Below are positions 17,101 through 27,000 of a stretch of 35,465 nucleotides of DNA, one piece after another. Positions within the stretch are counted from its first letter, which is position 1. Each line of letters opens with the position of its first letter. Under the pieces are notes generated by a model. It did not search any database. It was not told the origin of the DNA and saw nothing but the letters and a program-made list of their open reading frames with translations. The translations under genes were made by a program, and so were the position numbers. Source of the DNA: a virus (taxonomy: Duplodnaviria; Heunggongvirae; Uroviricota; Caudoviricetes); the IMG/VR virus record IMGVR_UViG_2534681764_000015. One strand, written 5' to 3'.

Positions 17101-17598
17101 GGTATGCGTCGTGTTCCTCAAAATTGGGGGCAAGCTATTATTCGTGTTGGATCTGCGGAGGCATCGCCAGCGGCTGGTCATCCTCAAGCGGTGTTTGAAT
17201 TTCATCATGATGGTACTTTCTATTCTCCTGGTAATGGTAACTTTAACGATGTTTATATTCGTTCCGATGGTCGTCTGAAAATTAATGTTGAAGATTACGA
17301 AGAAAATGCGGTGGATAAGGTAAATAAACTCAAAGTTAAAACCTACGATAAAGTTAAATCTCTTAATGACCGAGAAGTTATAGGTCATGAGATTGGTATT
17401 ATCGCACAGGATTTACAAGAGGTATTACCGGAAGCTGTTAAAACCGCAAAAATTGGTGGTCTTGATAACCCAGAAGAAATTTTAACAATTTCAAACTCCG
17501 CAGTGAACGCGCTTTTAATTAAAGCGGTCCAAGAAATGAGCGAAGAAAATAAACTTCTTCGTGAACGTCTTGCTGCAATTGAAGCTAAATTAGGGTAA
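14188..17598 (+). CDS. long tail fiber with C-terminal intramolecular chaperone (peptidase S74-like) domain (1136 aa)
   Basis: N-terminal MQSIQFKRTNVSGKKPTPEQLQVGEVAINLKD fiber-anchor-like motif; 24-aa coiled-coil repeats; C-terminal SDGRLK...HEIGIIAQDLQEVLPE...LLRERLAAIEAKLG resembles the self-cleaving chaperone of T5 pb1 and endosialidases. Confidence 0.8.
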   Translation: MQSIQFKRTNVSGKKPTPEQLQVGEVAINLKDHVIFTKDRDHEVVQISVSPETHAALESKVDANKQELDSTIAVNDRNIHAKVDEIKQTTDATIAANHAEINNKVDVIKRETDATIEANKNKAASDLAGVKAELSDTINANKNAAAVATQELDTRINKKVDDIKSRTDATIVSNHKAINDKVDLIKAETDRTIAANHAYAENQLTDTYNNLTGVIAANKQEAADNVAALTRDVEAKNTAIHSKVDNNKSYTDSELARLESRIDAADGSSDGKYIKKHVNTCTDGYLLSKTANPFDDPSALNLDYFGAFRMNDLAGHIAMILHVPHPSGVNHARGFEFTYGSNPVPTVRTYGYDELGHLAYSHRMYHEGDKPTPAEIGAYSKAEIDRLFQKTLNFGIEGGWFKLGTLTMPQQHGRTAKIRLVGGNGYNVGMNGQANIIELVIRCGNNSPKGVVFNAYYTIWHHEQHFCAIPTDGDNYDLYAYYGAHTGFVLAEYQVSSGGVSLNLLDTPEYLGGEKPVADEIFDALNISSFNNFSNRGTLNFAGNHQGQYDIEHLNEQQTNAKKMLRRFRSSAPATIWHETVDDNAYRLATGYEDTNQELLLTVTSGLHVKKLTLDGGVGGNSGIDIRRGPNEASHFNFMDYRTGQDVRNGWFGFGDGTTKDFIWWNDNGQNSINLIADGELHISGGKGQKIVMNSEVALSENARLAVKGGNYGLILRNDGSSFHILTTDLKDSFGSWNNRRPFSYDFADGGLYLGGTATARCLHLGIDGSTRLEDNLFFKAGSRQSMDYMELVHWGASNTGRNNVLSLRDSKGFFAEFERLGDNTIKNTFFGKLKVNRGSDAIVMNAETGDSSIYLLGTCADNNNWYIGKGGADNGLAFYSYATNAAINITNAGDIALSPKGVEMTHVNNVRFYVHGERWTASQSGGWGDQWGLEAPIFVDHGYVGPDSYYPIIKGRSLITNQGYTTAVDFGMRRVPQNWGQAIIRVGSAEASPAAGHPQAVFEFHHDGTFYSPGNGNFNDVYIRSDGRLKINVEDYEENAVDKVNKLKVKTYDKVKSLNDREVIGHEIGIIAQDLQEVLPEAVKTAKIGGLDNPEEILTISNSAVNALLIKAVQEMSEENKLLRERLAAIEAKLG
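14356..14800 (+). repeat. in-frame tandem repeats (about 72 nt / 24 aa) inside tail fiber gene
   Basis: at least five KVDxIKxxTDATIxANHxxIN units. Confidence 0.6.
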
Positions 17599-17636
17599 TT
17601 GGAAAGCGGGGAGAAATCTCCGCTAAGGATTCTTAT

Positions 17637-17933
17637 ATGGGATATTGGGTAAGTAGTGAAATTAATACTAAAATCGATGCTTTAAAATGGCATGTATTTG
17701 ATATTCCTAACGGCTATGGTACTGCTCGTGCTGGTGTCGCTGTAATGCGTCATAATGCTGGTGGTGGGTGGTCTGATGCACATATTAACGTAGATGGTTT
17801 GACCGTTGCTCGTCGTCGTGGTGGGACCAATTGGGGATCTACTATAAATTCGTTTGTTCCTGCTGGCTGCACCGTCTCCTTTGGTTTAGGGGGTGAAGGT
17901 GGTGTTGAATATTTTAAATTCATGGAGTTTTAA
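17637..17933 (+). CDS. small Gly-rich protein, paralog A of tandem triplet (98 aa)
   Basis: shares FDIPNGY/W, Gly-rich loop and TVSFxLG...YFKF with the next two ORFs. Confidence 0.6.
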   Translation: MGYWVSSEINTKIDALKWHVFDIPNGYGTARAGVAVMRHNAGGGWSDAHINVDGLTVARRRGGTNWGSTINSFVPAGCTVSFGLGGEGGVEYFKFMEF

Positions 17934-17935
17934 TT

Positions 17936-18241
17936 ATGGCTGGATGGATAAATCAAAGAATGTCAAACGCTATTAGTATTTGGGCTAATGGTGGATATTT
18001 TGATATCCCCAACGGCTGGGTTACTGATTCATGCGGAATTGTTTTTGCTCATATGGAAGCCATTAACGGTGCTGGTGATCTTGATTCTGAATTGGCTGTA
18101 AATGGATTGATTGAATCAGGTCATCATGCTGGTGATGCTGGGAGTTGGGGCGCTAGTTCTTTAGTTGGCGCTGGTGCTACCGTTAGCTTTACATTGGGTA
18201 AAGGTAGTTTGCATTATTTTAAATTCAGGAGAATGCACTAA
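17936..18241 (+). CDS. small Gly-rich protein, paralog B of tandem triplet (101 aa)
   Basis: YFDIPNGW, DSEL, ATVSFTLG, YFKF motifs; start 2 nt after stop of paralog A. Confidence 0.6.
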   Translation: MAGWINQRMSNAISIWANGGYFDIPNGWVTDSCGIVFAHMEAINGAGDLDSELAVNGLIESGHHAGDAGSWGASSLVGAGATVSFTLGKGSLHYFKFRRMH

Positions 18242-18543
18242 TGGCATTTTGGGTAGATGGCGCTTTGGGGAATAGGGCGGGTAAAGCAAATCAAGGATGG
18301 TTTGATATTCCTAACGGTTGGACAGCCGACGCTTTCGGGACTATTTCATTCTGTGCTCATTCTTCCGGTGGTGGCGGTGGTGACTCTGAATTGCTTATTC
18401 ATGGTTTGTGTGTTTCTGGAAGCCATAAGGGTCATGATTGGGGACAGATTCATTCTTGTATTGCACCGCAAGGGGCGGTAATTACCGTTAGCACAAATAG
18501 GGGGATCGCTCATCTTCGTTATAGACGTTTGAGCAACCGCTAA
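18241..18543 (+). CDS. small Gly-rich protein, paralog C of tandem triplet (100 aa)
   Basis: WFDIPNGW, GGGGGDSEL motifs; ATG overlaps stop of paralog B (TAATG). Confidence 0.6.
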   Translation: MAFWVDGALGNRAGKANQGWFDIPNGWTADAFGTISFCAHSSGGGGGDSELLIHGLCVSGSHKGHDWGQIHSCIAPQGAVITVSTNRGIAHLRYRRLSNR

Positions 18544-18597
18544 ATAAATAGAATTACGGGTATGTGCCCTATTGTTTAAAATAGAAGGAAAAGAATA

Positions 18598-19068
18598 ATG
18601 ACTACTAAATTTGATATTTTTTCTGGTGGCCTCGTTGGTCTGTTTCTGCATGAAGAAGTAACTAACACCGATCTTGACAGTGAAAGCTATCTGGAAATTC
18701 CAGAATGTGCGGCTTTCCCGGAAACTGGTGTAGAACGTTCTACTATCGATGTTCCTAACTTCGGTGGTCCGTATAACCGTAAGCTGGTTGGTCGTATGTC
18801 TGTACCGGATATCGAACTTTCGATCAACTACATGCCGGGTAACGAAGTACACGAAAAACTGATTAAAGCAACCGAAGACGGTAAGCGCGTACAGCTTAAA
18901 ATTGCTTACTACATCGACGCTACGAAAAAATCTGGTGTACATATCGCTTATAACGGCTTCCTGTCTAAAACTACCATGACTGGTGGTGAGGATGCTGTAG
19001 TAGGCCGTACCTTCACCTTTGTAGTAGATGGTGCTCCGGTTAAACAAGCTGTTTTCCAGAAACTCTAA
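18598..19068 (+). CDS. major tail (tube) protein candidate (156 aa)
   Basis: immediately upstream of the chaperone pair and tape measure; biased codon usage; followed by strong terminator. Confidence 0.6.
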   Translation: MTTKFDIFSGGLVGLFLHEEVTNTDLDSESYLEIPECAAFPETGVERSTIDVPNFGGPYNRKLVGRMSVPDIELSINYMPGNEVHEKLIKATEDGKRVQLKIAYYIDATKKSGVHIAYNGFLSKTTMTGGEDAVVGRTFTFVVDGAPVKQAVFQKL

Positions 19069-19076
19069 TATTATCT

Positions 19077-19102
19077 AGCCATCCTTCGGGGTGGCTTTTT
19101 TG
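19077..19102 (+). terminator. rho-independent terminator
   Basis: hairpin AGCCATCC-TTCG-GGGTGGCT followed by TTTTTT. Confidence 0.65.
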
Positions 19103-19150
19103 TTTCCAATTCTAAATAAACATATCGAATTAACTTAAGAGGAAACAAGA

Positions 19151-19459
19151 ATGAATATTAATGAAATGCTGAAAGCTCTTTCTCCGAAACGCGAATCTCT
19201 GACCATCGGTGGATTCACTTTCTATGCTCGCCCTATGTCAGTAAAAGAATTTAACGAACATGTTTTCAATACCGATAAAGATGACCGTGATGAACGTTCT
19301 ATTCTTCGTTGTATTGAAGATGAAGACGGTAAGCCAGTATTTGAATCTATGGAACAAGTTAAAGCACTGTATACTAACGTTCGCAGTGAATTAATCGGTT
19401 TGGTTGCTCAAGCGTCATTGATGCAAGATGCGGCGGTAATTGAAAACGAGGTAAAGTAA
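19151..19459 (+). CDS. tail assembly chaperone (gpG-like) (102 aa)
   Basis: small acidic ORF directly before tape measure; position-based call. Confidence 0.55.
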   Translation: MNINEMLKALSPKRESLTIGGFTFYARPMSVKEFNEHVFNTDKDDRDERSILRCIEDEDGKPVFESMEQVKALYTNVRSELIGLVAQASLMQDAAVIENEVK

Positions 19460-19488
19460 ACCCGCTTCTGAATTTCTATTTCCGGCAA

Positions 19489-19830
19489 ATGATGAGATCG
19501 GGGCTTAGTAAAGATGAAATGGATAATATGCCAATCACTCTGTTTTGGAAGTTATACATTTTCGACACCTACTTAGAACCACAAAGCCCCGCGTTTCATG
19601 ATATGCAGAATGCGATGTTGCAATATTCCATGTATATGACGTCGCAAGGAATGACACGCGAAACTGCACGCAAACTCAAGCCTAGCCAATTCCAATTAAT
19701 TAGAGAAGAAAAACTCTTTAAAACTAAAGAAGAACTGGAAGAACTTGCACGCAAGAAAGAAGAAGAACGTAAAGCGGCAATGCTGAACATGTTTGATCCA
19801 TCTTTGCTTGAGAAACTCAGAAGCGGTTAA
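19489..19830 (+). CDS. tail assembly chaperone T-like segment (113 aa as stand-alone ORF; possibly expressed as G-T fusion)
   Basis: ORF in -1 frame relative to G; its frame is open from 19456, overlapping the last G codon. Confidence 0.5.
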   Translation: MMRSGLSKDEMDNMPITLFWKLYIFDTYLEPQSPAFHDMQNAMLQYSMYMTSQGMTRETARKLKPSQFQLIREEKLFKTKEELEELARKKEEERKAAMLNMFDPSLLEKLRSG

Positions 19831-19841
19831 AGGGGTAATTT

Positions 19842-22271
19842 ATGACAAGACATATAGTAACAATAGAAGGGGATAATAAAGGTCTAAGGAGAAGCACCAA
19901 TGAAGCCGCCGACCTTCTCGATAGTTTGTCTGAAAAGGCAAGTAATATTGATTTTGGTGGTGGCTTATCTGGTCTGACTGGATCTCTTCGTGGGATCGCT
20001 GGCTCTGCTGGTTTAGCTGCTGGTGGTATCGGCTTAGTTGCGACCGCAGTGGTTGCAGCCGCTAAAGCTGGCGCGGAATACGTTAAACAATATTCAGAAG
20101 TATCTAAGGCGACCGGACTCTCGATTGAATCCCTTCAAAGACTGGAAAAGGAATTTTCTGGTACTGGCCTAACAGTTGAAAAATTCGGTGATATCAACAA
20201 AGACACCTTAGATAAGATGGGTGATGCATGGGCTAACGGTGGTGGTATTGCTGATGACTTAGAATCGGTTGGCCTTAAGTTAGAAAACTATGCTCACTTC
20301 ATGACTGATCCGCAAGGTGGTATGAAAGCGGCGATCCAAGTGTTCTATGACATGAAGAAAGCCGGAAAATCAATGGCTGAAATCAAGTTCATGATGGAAT
20401 CTTTAGCCAGTGATTCAAGCCATATGACCAGCCAGCTTGAGAAATATAATACTGCTCAAGAGGCGATGATCGCTATTCAGAATCAATCTGTTAACGTCAC
20501 CGAAGAAAACGCTAAAAAATATGATAAATTTTCTCAAAATATCAATAAGCTGGAAAATAACCTGAAAGGTGTCGGTATGACCATTTCTGGTCCGCTGGTT
20601 GATAGTTTAAACTGGTTATTTGACTGGTTTAATATTGATTGGGAAAAGAGTTCTCTATTCAGGGCATTAGATCGACTGAATAAAGAAGGCAAGACCGCAA
20701 CTGGCGGTATTCTTAACGCCAACCATAAAGACGCTCAAAAAATTATTGACAAGTACAATAAAGAAAAGCGTTGGAATAATCTGGCAGATTGGGAAAAGGC
20801 CGCGATCCGTGGTGCTGGTGTCGATCCTCGTACTGCTGGCTTTGATGTTGAAGGATTTAAGAAACGTTTTGGTGATTCTTATAAGAAAAATGGCTCTCTG
20901 ATTGTTGTCGATAACGGGGAACATCTAACCCGCAAGGCAGATCCTAACCGTGATTTGACTATACCAAATAAACCAGTAAGACCAGAATCATTGGGTAAGT
21001 CTGGTAATGAGAAGAAAGCCGAAGAAGAAGCACGCAAGAAAGCGGAAGAGGCAGCTAAAAAGGCTAAGGAAGCCGCAGAAAAAGCACAGAAAGCACGCGA
21101 GGATGCAATCAAGCGACTGAATGCACTTGATGTTAAATTGCAAGGGCAAGTTGCAGCGTCTATCACTTCTCAAAATAGCCAGTTGCAAAACAGCTTAAAA
21201 GATGTGAACGACGCGTTAGCTCTGGGCTTAATCTCTCAGGAAGACGCAGCCGCGAAACGCCAGGCGCTAATCGATCAGAATACTGAAAACGTTTATAAAA
21301 TGATGTTGGGTGCTGATCCGATTGATGCTCTGAATGCTTTAACACAATTGCAACAAATCAGGGACAACGAGCTAGAAAGCCATAAACGGTTACTTGATGG
21401 TAAAGCTATCTCCTACGAAGAATATATGCGTCGTGTGAACGATACCGAGCAAAACTATTCTCAGATTGAAAATTCTTTACAGGGAATGGATGGTTATAAA
21501 ACCAATCAATTAACTAGTAGTTATGATTATCAAGACTCAAATAATCCGTTTGCTAAATTTAATGCAATCGATAAAGAGAAATCGGATGCTGAACAAGATT
21601 ATAAGACCGATAAACTCAAGATTGATGGGATCACCGATCCGGCTAAACGGATGGAAGCATTAGAAAAACTCAATGAAAACCATCAAAAACGAATGGCTGC
21701 AATTGAGAAGAAATATGCTGATGCTCGCCAGTCAATAGCCGATGATATGTACGGCGGTTTTGCTGCTGCAATGACTCTCTTCGGGCAGGAAAACACTAAA
21801 GCTATGCAGATGGCTTTCAATGCTCATAAAGCATTCTCTATCGGACAAGCGACGGTGAACATGTGGACGGCTGCTACCGATGCATGGAACGATCCGACCA
21901 ACGTCACCACAGGTCAAAAAATCGCGGCTGCTGCATTGGCTGTTTCTCAGAACATGGGGAACATCGCAAACATCAAGTCTACTAACGTTAGCGGTATGGC
22001 TCATGATGGTATTGATAACATCCCTCGTGAGGGTACATGGTTGCTTGATAAGGGTGAACGAGTAGTTGATCAGCGTACTAACGGTGATTTGAAAGACTTC
22101 CTTGCTGCTCAAAAATCAGGTGGTGGTAACTCTCAGCCGATTGAAGTTAATGCGCCTTTGAACATTAACGGCAACGTTAATAGCTCAGACAAGATGGTCA
22201 TGGATGCTATCAAACGTCACGCTAAGTTTGTTGCTCAGGCGATAGAAGACGTTCAGCGTCGTAAGATGTAA
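19842..22271 (+). CDS. tail tape measure protein (809 aa)
   Basis: large alpha-helical, Ala/Gly/Lys/Glu-rich protein with coiled-coil segments after the chaperone pair. Confidence 0.85.
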   Translation: MTRHIVTIEGDNKGLRRSTNEAADLLDSLSEKASNIDFGGGLSGLTGSLRGIAGSAGLAAGGIGLVATAVVAAAKAGAEYVKQYSEVSKATGLSIESLQRLEKEFSGTGLTVEKFGDINKDTLDKMGDAWANGGGIADDLESVGLKLENYAHFMTDPQGGMKAAIQVFYDMKKAGKSMAEIKFMMESLASDSSHMTSQLEKYNTAQEAMIAIQNQSVNVTEENAKKYDKFSQNINKLENNLKGVGMTISGPLVDSLNWLFDWFNIDWEKSSLFRALDRLNKEGKTATGGILNANHKDAQKIIDKYNKEKRWNNLADWEKAAIRGAGVDPRTAGFDVEGFKKRFGDSYKKNGSLIVVDNGEHLTRKADPNRDLTIPNKPVRPESLGKSGNEKKAEEEARKKAEEAAKKAKEAAEKAQKAREDAIKRLNALDVKLQGQVAASITSQNSQLQNSLKDVNDALALGLISQEDAAAKRQALIDQNTENVYKMMLGADPIDALNALTQLQQIRDNELESHKRLLDGKAISYEEYMRRVNDTEQNYSQIENSLQGMDGYKTNQLTSSYDYQDSNNPFAKFNAIDKEKSDAEQDYKTDKLKIDGITDPAKRMEALEKLNENHQKRMAAIEKKYADARQSIADDMYGGFAAAMTLFGQENTKAMQMAFNAHKAFSIGQATVNMWTAATDAWNDPTNVTTGQKIAAAALAVSQNMGNIANIKSTNVSGMAHDGIDNIPREGTWLLDKGERVVDQRTNGDLKDFLAAQKSGGGNSQPIEVNAPLNINGNVNSSDKMVMDAIKRHAKFVAQAIEDVQRRKM

Positions 22272-22321
22272 TTAAAAGCCCCCATAGTGATAAATAATCA
22301 TAAAACTATGGGGGCTTTTCT

Positions 22322-22882
22322 ATGTTCAAATCCAAGAATATTAAAATCACAGATTTTACTCTTAAATCAAAACAGCCTTTCTTCAAGGCGCAATCTATCT
22401 CCGGTAAGTTCCAGCGTCGCTTTACTGGCATCCATTTTTACGAAGCAGAATTTACCGCGAATTACATGGCTCAGGATATTAACGAAGTAAAAGAATTTGT
22501 AGCACGTCACCTTTTTGGTCGTCCTTTTAGTGTGCCACTGTCTTACTTTTCAAAATATACAGGCGATGTACGCCAGATGGTTACGGCTGCTGCTGGTACT
22601 GCTCGCGGTGGGCGTAAGGTAAGACTCTCCAACTTCACCGGAACACTGAAAGCGGGAACTGTCATCCAGTTTGAGAACCACAAGAAAATCTACACGATCA
22701 CCGAAGACGTGAAATCAGGTGGTGAAATGAAACTCTTCCCTAACTTGCGTCAAAACGTCCTGGCTGGTGAGGTGATCAAGTATCAGAACGTAGAAGGTGA
22801 ATTTGTTCTCAAAACTGAAAACATCGATTGGAAGATCGCCCAGATTGGCAAGATGAAATTCGAATTAGTGGAGAATGTATAA
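22322..22882 (+). CDS. minor/distal tail protein (186 aa)
   Basis: first gene after tape measure, same operon; position-based. Confidence 0.55.
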   Translation: MFKSKNIKITDFTLKSKQPFFKAQSISGKFQRRFTGIHFYEAEFTANYMAQDINEVKEFVARHLFGRPFSVPLSYFSKYTGDVRQMVTAAAGTARGGRKVRLSNFTGTLKAGTVIQFENHKKIYTITEDVKSGGEMKLFPNLRQNVLAGEVIKYQNVEGEFVLKTENIDWKIAQIGKMKFELVENV

Positions 22883-23535
22883 TGGCAACTATTCAGGAAT
22901 CATTCAGCAAACTATGCACTAATCTGGACTTCATCGAGGTCTACAACGACCAGACAGGTCAGAACGTGTCTAGATTGACGCTACCGCAGCTTTTTTCCAC
23001 TGGATCGATGTTTCACATTATCGAAGTGATTACCGCGTCAGGGGACGTTCTACGGCTTACAGATGGGTACTTCGATTTGGACTATAACGGATTTACATAT
23101 CTCGCAACGGGTGATTTTCTTCAAATCTCATCAAATACCGAAGAGAAGGAGATCAACAACAACGGGATTAACGTAACCGTTTCTAACGTTCGCGAGGAAT
23201 ACATTACCCTGATTCGAAACAAGCAATTCGATAAATCAGATGTGAAAATCGAAATGGTGTTCCTGAACCCTAACACGGGCAAGGTTGAAACCACTTACCC
23301 TGTTTTCCGTGGGGTAGTCGATTCCATCGGGATTAACATCGAACATGAAGATGATGAGTGTAAAAACGAATCAGAATTTCAGCTTAATAGTATCTGGGAA
23401 GTTCTAGATAAAAACGCTCGTAGTCATGCCTCCGATGGTATCCACCGATCCTATGCCGGAAACGAGAATGATCTATTCTTCTCAAGGACCGGGCGCTGGC
23501 AATCGGAAAGCAAGTGGCATTCATCGAAGAAATAA
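22882..23535 (+). CDS. minor tail protein, gpL-position (218 aa)
   Basis: ATG 22882 overlaps upstream stop (TAATG); ORF track 22828..23535 uses an upstream in-frame start. Confidence 0.5.
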   Translation: MATIQESFSKLCTNLDFIEVYNDQTGQNVSRLTLPQLFSTGSMFHIIEVITASGDVLRLTDGYFDLDYNGFTYLATGDFLQISSNTEEKEINNNGINVTVSNVREEYITLIRNKQFDKSDVKIEMVFLNPNTGKVETTYPVFRGVVDSIGINIEHEDDECKNESEFQLNSIWEVLDKNARSHASDGIHRSYAGNENDLFFSRTGRWQSESKWHSSKK

Positions 23536-23581
23536 TCCCTTCTCCCTAAGCCTAGTAAATAACAGCATGGAGGTATTCAAC

Positions 23582-24001
23582 ATGCTAAAAACTAGGCTTA
23601 TCACCGATTACATCAATTCTTTAATAGGTCAGGAGTTCGTTCAAGGCGAGAATGATTGCAATATAATTGCATGTAAGATCATCGATATTCTCGCTGGTAC
23701 TGACCTATATAATTCTCTTTATAAAAAATATTCAACTAAAGAAGAAGGCTTGAAAATCTGCAAAGAATTAAGCGGATACACAAATATCCTTCAACCAATT
23801 AAGAAACATTTCAAATTAGTCACTGATGATTTACAGGACGGCGACTTACTGGTCACAGCCCACAAATTAGGAAACCGCAAATATTATTCCGTAGTTCCTC
23901 ATTATTCCGGTTATGGCCTCGTTGAAGAAGATGGTATCTGGATGACCATTCCTGTTTCAGACATTGACTATGAACAAGTTTATAGATTCGGGGGTGAATA
24001 A
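23582..24001 (+). CDS. tail assembly protein, gpK-position, possible NlpC/P60-like Cys-His protein (139 aa)
   Basis: ATG 23582 with GGAGGT 8 nt upstream; ENDCNIIAC and downstream His; position between L-like and I/J-like genes. Confidence 0.45.
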   Translation: MLKTRLITDYINSLIGQEFVQGENDCNIIACKIIDILAGTDLYNSLYKKYSTKEEGLKICKELSGYTNILQPIKKHFKLVTDDLQDGDLLVTAHKLGNRKYYSVVPHYSGYGLVEEDGIWMTIPVSDIDYEQVYRFGGE

Positions 24002-27000
24002 TGGGATTTGAAATATTAGTAGGCGCGGTTATTGCTGGTGCGTCTGCTGGGATGGCTGCTGCTGCAACATTTTCTGTTATGACCGCAGTCGCTATCGGGA
24101 TGGCTGCTGGTGCAATGACCTTGATCGCTTCCACTGTAGGCGCACCAAAAACACCGAAAGTACAAAGCCCAGATAATGCGGTGACACTAGGAACATCAAA
24201 CGATCCGAAAACAGTATTACCCGTTCTTTTTGGTACTACCCGCACGGGTGCAATCTGCGTTTACAAGGCAATTTCACAGCGTGAAAATAACAAGCTGGTA
24301 CAAATTTTTGCTATTGCCGAAGGTGAGATCGATCACTTTAAAGCACTGCACATCGATAATAAAAACGTTCTCATTAGCCAGAATATGACAATTCGTGATG
24401 GCATTCTCGATAAAGGAAACATTAAAGACGAATACCGCAAAGTTTTAGAAGTCGAGTTTCGCACGGGTAAAAATCCTAACACTGCATTGGATTTAGCTAA
24501 ACATCATTTGGGCGCTGATTGGGATGATCGGTATCAGGGTAACGGCATTGCGACCATGTGTATTGTTTTACGTCGTGATGACAAATCTTTGGCTGCTGGT
24601 GTTGATATTCTCCAGCCTAATAGCCAGGTAGCGGTCGATGTTATGGGCTTAAAGATTCGTAACCTTGAAACCAATGCTATTGAGGCTAGCACTAACGGCG
24701 TGGACCAGATTTTCCATTATCTGACAAATACAAAGTATGGTCTTAGTGTACCGATTGAAAATATTAACGTTGATTCATTCCTGAAAGTGCGTAAACAAGT
24801 ACGCCAGATGGATTTACATTCCAACGGTGCATGTGATCCGAACGCCAGCTTTAAAGAGAACTTAACTAGCCTTATGCAGACTTTCGGCGGGGTGATGTTC
24901 GAATCCTTTGGACGTATTACGCTGAAACTGGATGCTCCTGATATTGTTAAGCATACCTTCAATGAAGACAATATCATGATGGGAAAAGTATCACTGAAAA
25001 CAGGTGGCACTAACGGTTATTTCAATACCATTAACGCGATGTATCAAGAACCATCAATCGACTATTCAGAGCAAATGCTACGTTATCCGGCTGATGCTGA
25101 AAACGATGCTACTATTCGTCAAGATGGTCGAATTATCGCTAAAGATATTGAATATCGTTTTGTTAAGTCTAAAGCCCAGATTGATAAACTTGCGAGTGTA
25201 GAACGAAATAAATCTCGTATCACTCAGGTTATCAGCTTTATGACTACTGACGCATTCACCGCCGAAGTATGGGACGTTATCAGCGTAACCTATGATGAAT
25301 TGAAACTGAATAATTCACTTTGGCGCATTACTGCAATTGATCGTTCTATTGATTCTGGTATTGCTGGGATGATGACTATCACCGCCACAGAATATAATTC
25401 TCAGGTTTATACTGACCTGAACTATGCGGCAACTCCAGACAATAGACCTACTGGTTTACCGGATTCAATGACAGTACAGAAACCGACTAATTTCAGAATT
25501 AAGGCAACTGGTGAGACAATCCACGGTAAAAACGTTACTTTGACATGGGATGCACCGGAAGATTTTAACCGCTACGGTTTCCAGATTGATTACCGTGTAA
25601 GTGGATCGCCTAACTGGATTAAGCTGGGGCAGACTTCACAGCAAATTTTCAATATCAATGCACTGGCAAAAGATCGCTCCTACGATTACCGCGTTTGTGC
25701 TTTCGGTATTATTGCTCGTTCCGAATGGGTGGAACTGGTTAACCAGAATCCTACTGTTACCTATGAATTGCCGACTCCGGTTATTCGAATCAAAAATCAG
25801 GGTAGCACGCCTGGTACTTTCGAAGGCAATGATCTGATTATCGAATGGGAAAATCAGCAACAATTAGATGTGATGATCAACGGTGAAGCTAACAAGTTTA
25901 GTGACCTGTTTGAAGCATACATTATCAAGGTAACTAACAAGGCTGGTAAGTCTATTCAGTACCGTACCCGCGATCCTGAATCATGGACTTATACGCTTGA
26001 TATGAACCAGTTTAACGGCCTTTCCCGTGAATTGACGGTAGAAGTATCAGTCAAGGGCTATAACAACTCAGAGAGCGCCCCAGCGCGTTTAGTGGCTATC
26101 AACCCACAACATAAGCCGATGAAAGGTTTTAGTGCGCGTGGTGGCTTTAATACTGCGTTTGTTAGCTGGGCGGATGACGTAGAACATGACTATGCAGGGT
26201 CAATCATCCAGTATGCAACCGATAATACTTTCTCCGATGCAAGGGCAGTGACTACCAATAGCGTTAGTCATACTTCCTTTGATTTGGCTGACGGTGATTA
26301 TTATATCCGTGGTGCTCACTATGATATTTTCGGTATGGATGATGCTGTTTGGTCTGAACCGTATTTCATGCAAATGAAATCTACCATTAGCTGGGACGAT
26401 CAGGACAAAGAAGCACTGGAAGACCTGATTGGTTTACAAGATCGCTTAGATGAAACCATCGCGGATGCTATTGCTCAAGCTGGCGCTAATGCCGATGCTA
26501 AGATTGATGCAATGCATAAACAGATTACTACCGAAACCGGAAAGACGGTCCAAGCCTCAGCCGATACCCTTAAGAATCTGATTGCTACCAGTGAGCAAGC
26601 CAGCGCAACTAAGATTGATCAGGTTAAAGCTGAACTGAAAGGCGATATCACCAAAGAAGTTAGCGCATCCGCTACTACCCTGAAACAAGCAATTGCTACC
26701 AGTGAGGCAGCAAGCGCAAGTAAGATTGATCAAGTTCGGGTAGAAATGGATGGCAAGATTGCTGGTGTGAATCAGGAAGCAGATGTAAAAATCGATGCTT
26801 TGAAGGGAACCATTAACAGCAAATATAATCTGGCAGTTAATGCAGATGGTCGCGTGGCTGGTATTCATATGAGCGCAACCAATGATCCGGCAGAACCGAC
26901 AAGAATCATCTTTACGGCTGATAAAATCGCGGTAGCTCCACAAGACGGATCAGAAGTTTGTCCGTTTGGCATCGAAGATAACAAAGTTTATCTTGATAAT

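Noticed and set aside
18346-19047. 233-aa minus-strand ORF spanning paralog C and the tail tube gene
   Set aside because: Would run antisense across two co-directional, RBS-supported structural genes and a plus-strand operon.
22287-22490. 67-aa ORF overlapping the start of gene 22322..22882
   Set aside because: Out-of-frame overlap with a better-supported gene; begins inside the terminator-like hairpin after the tape measure gene.
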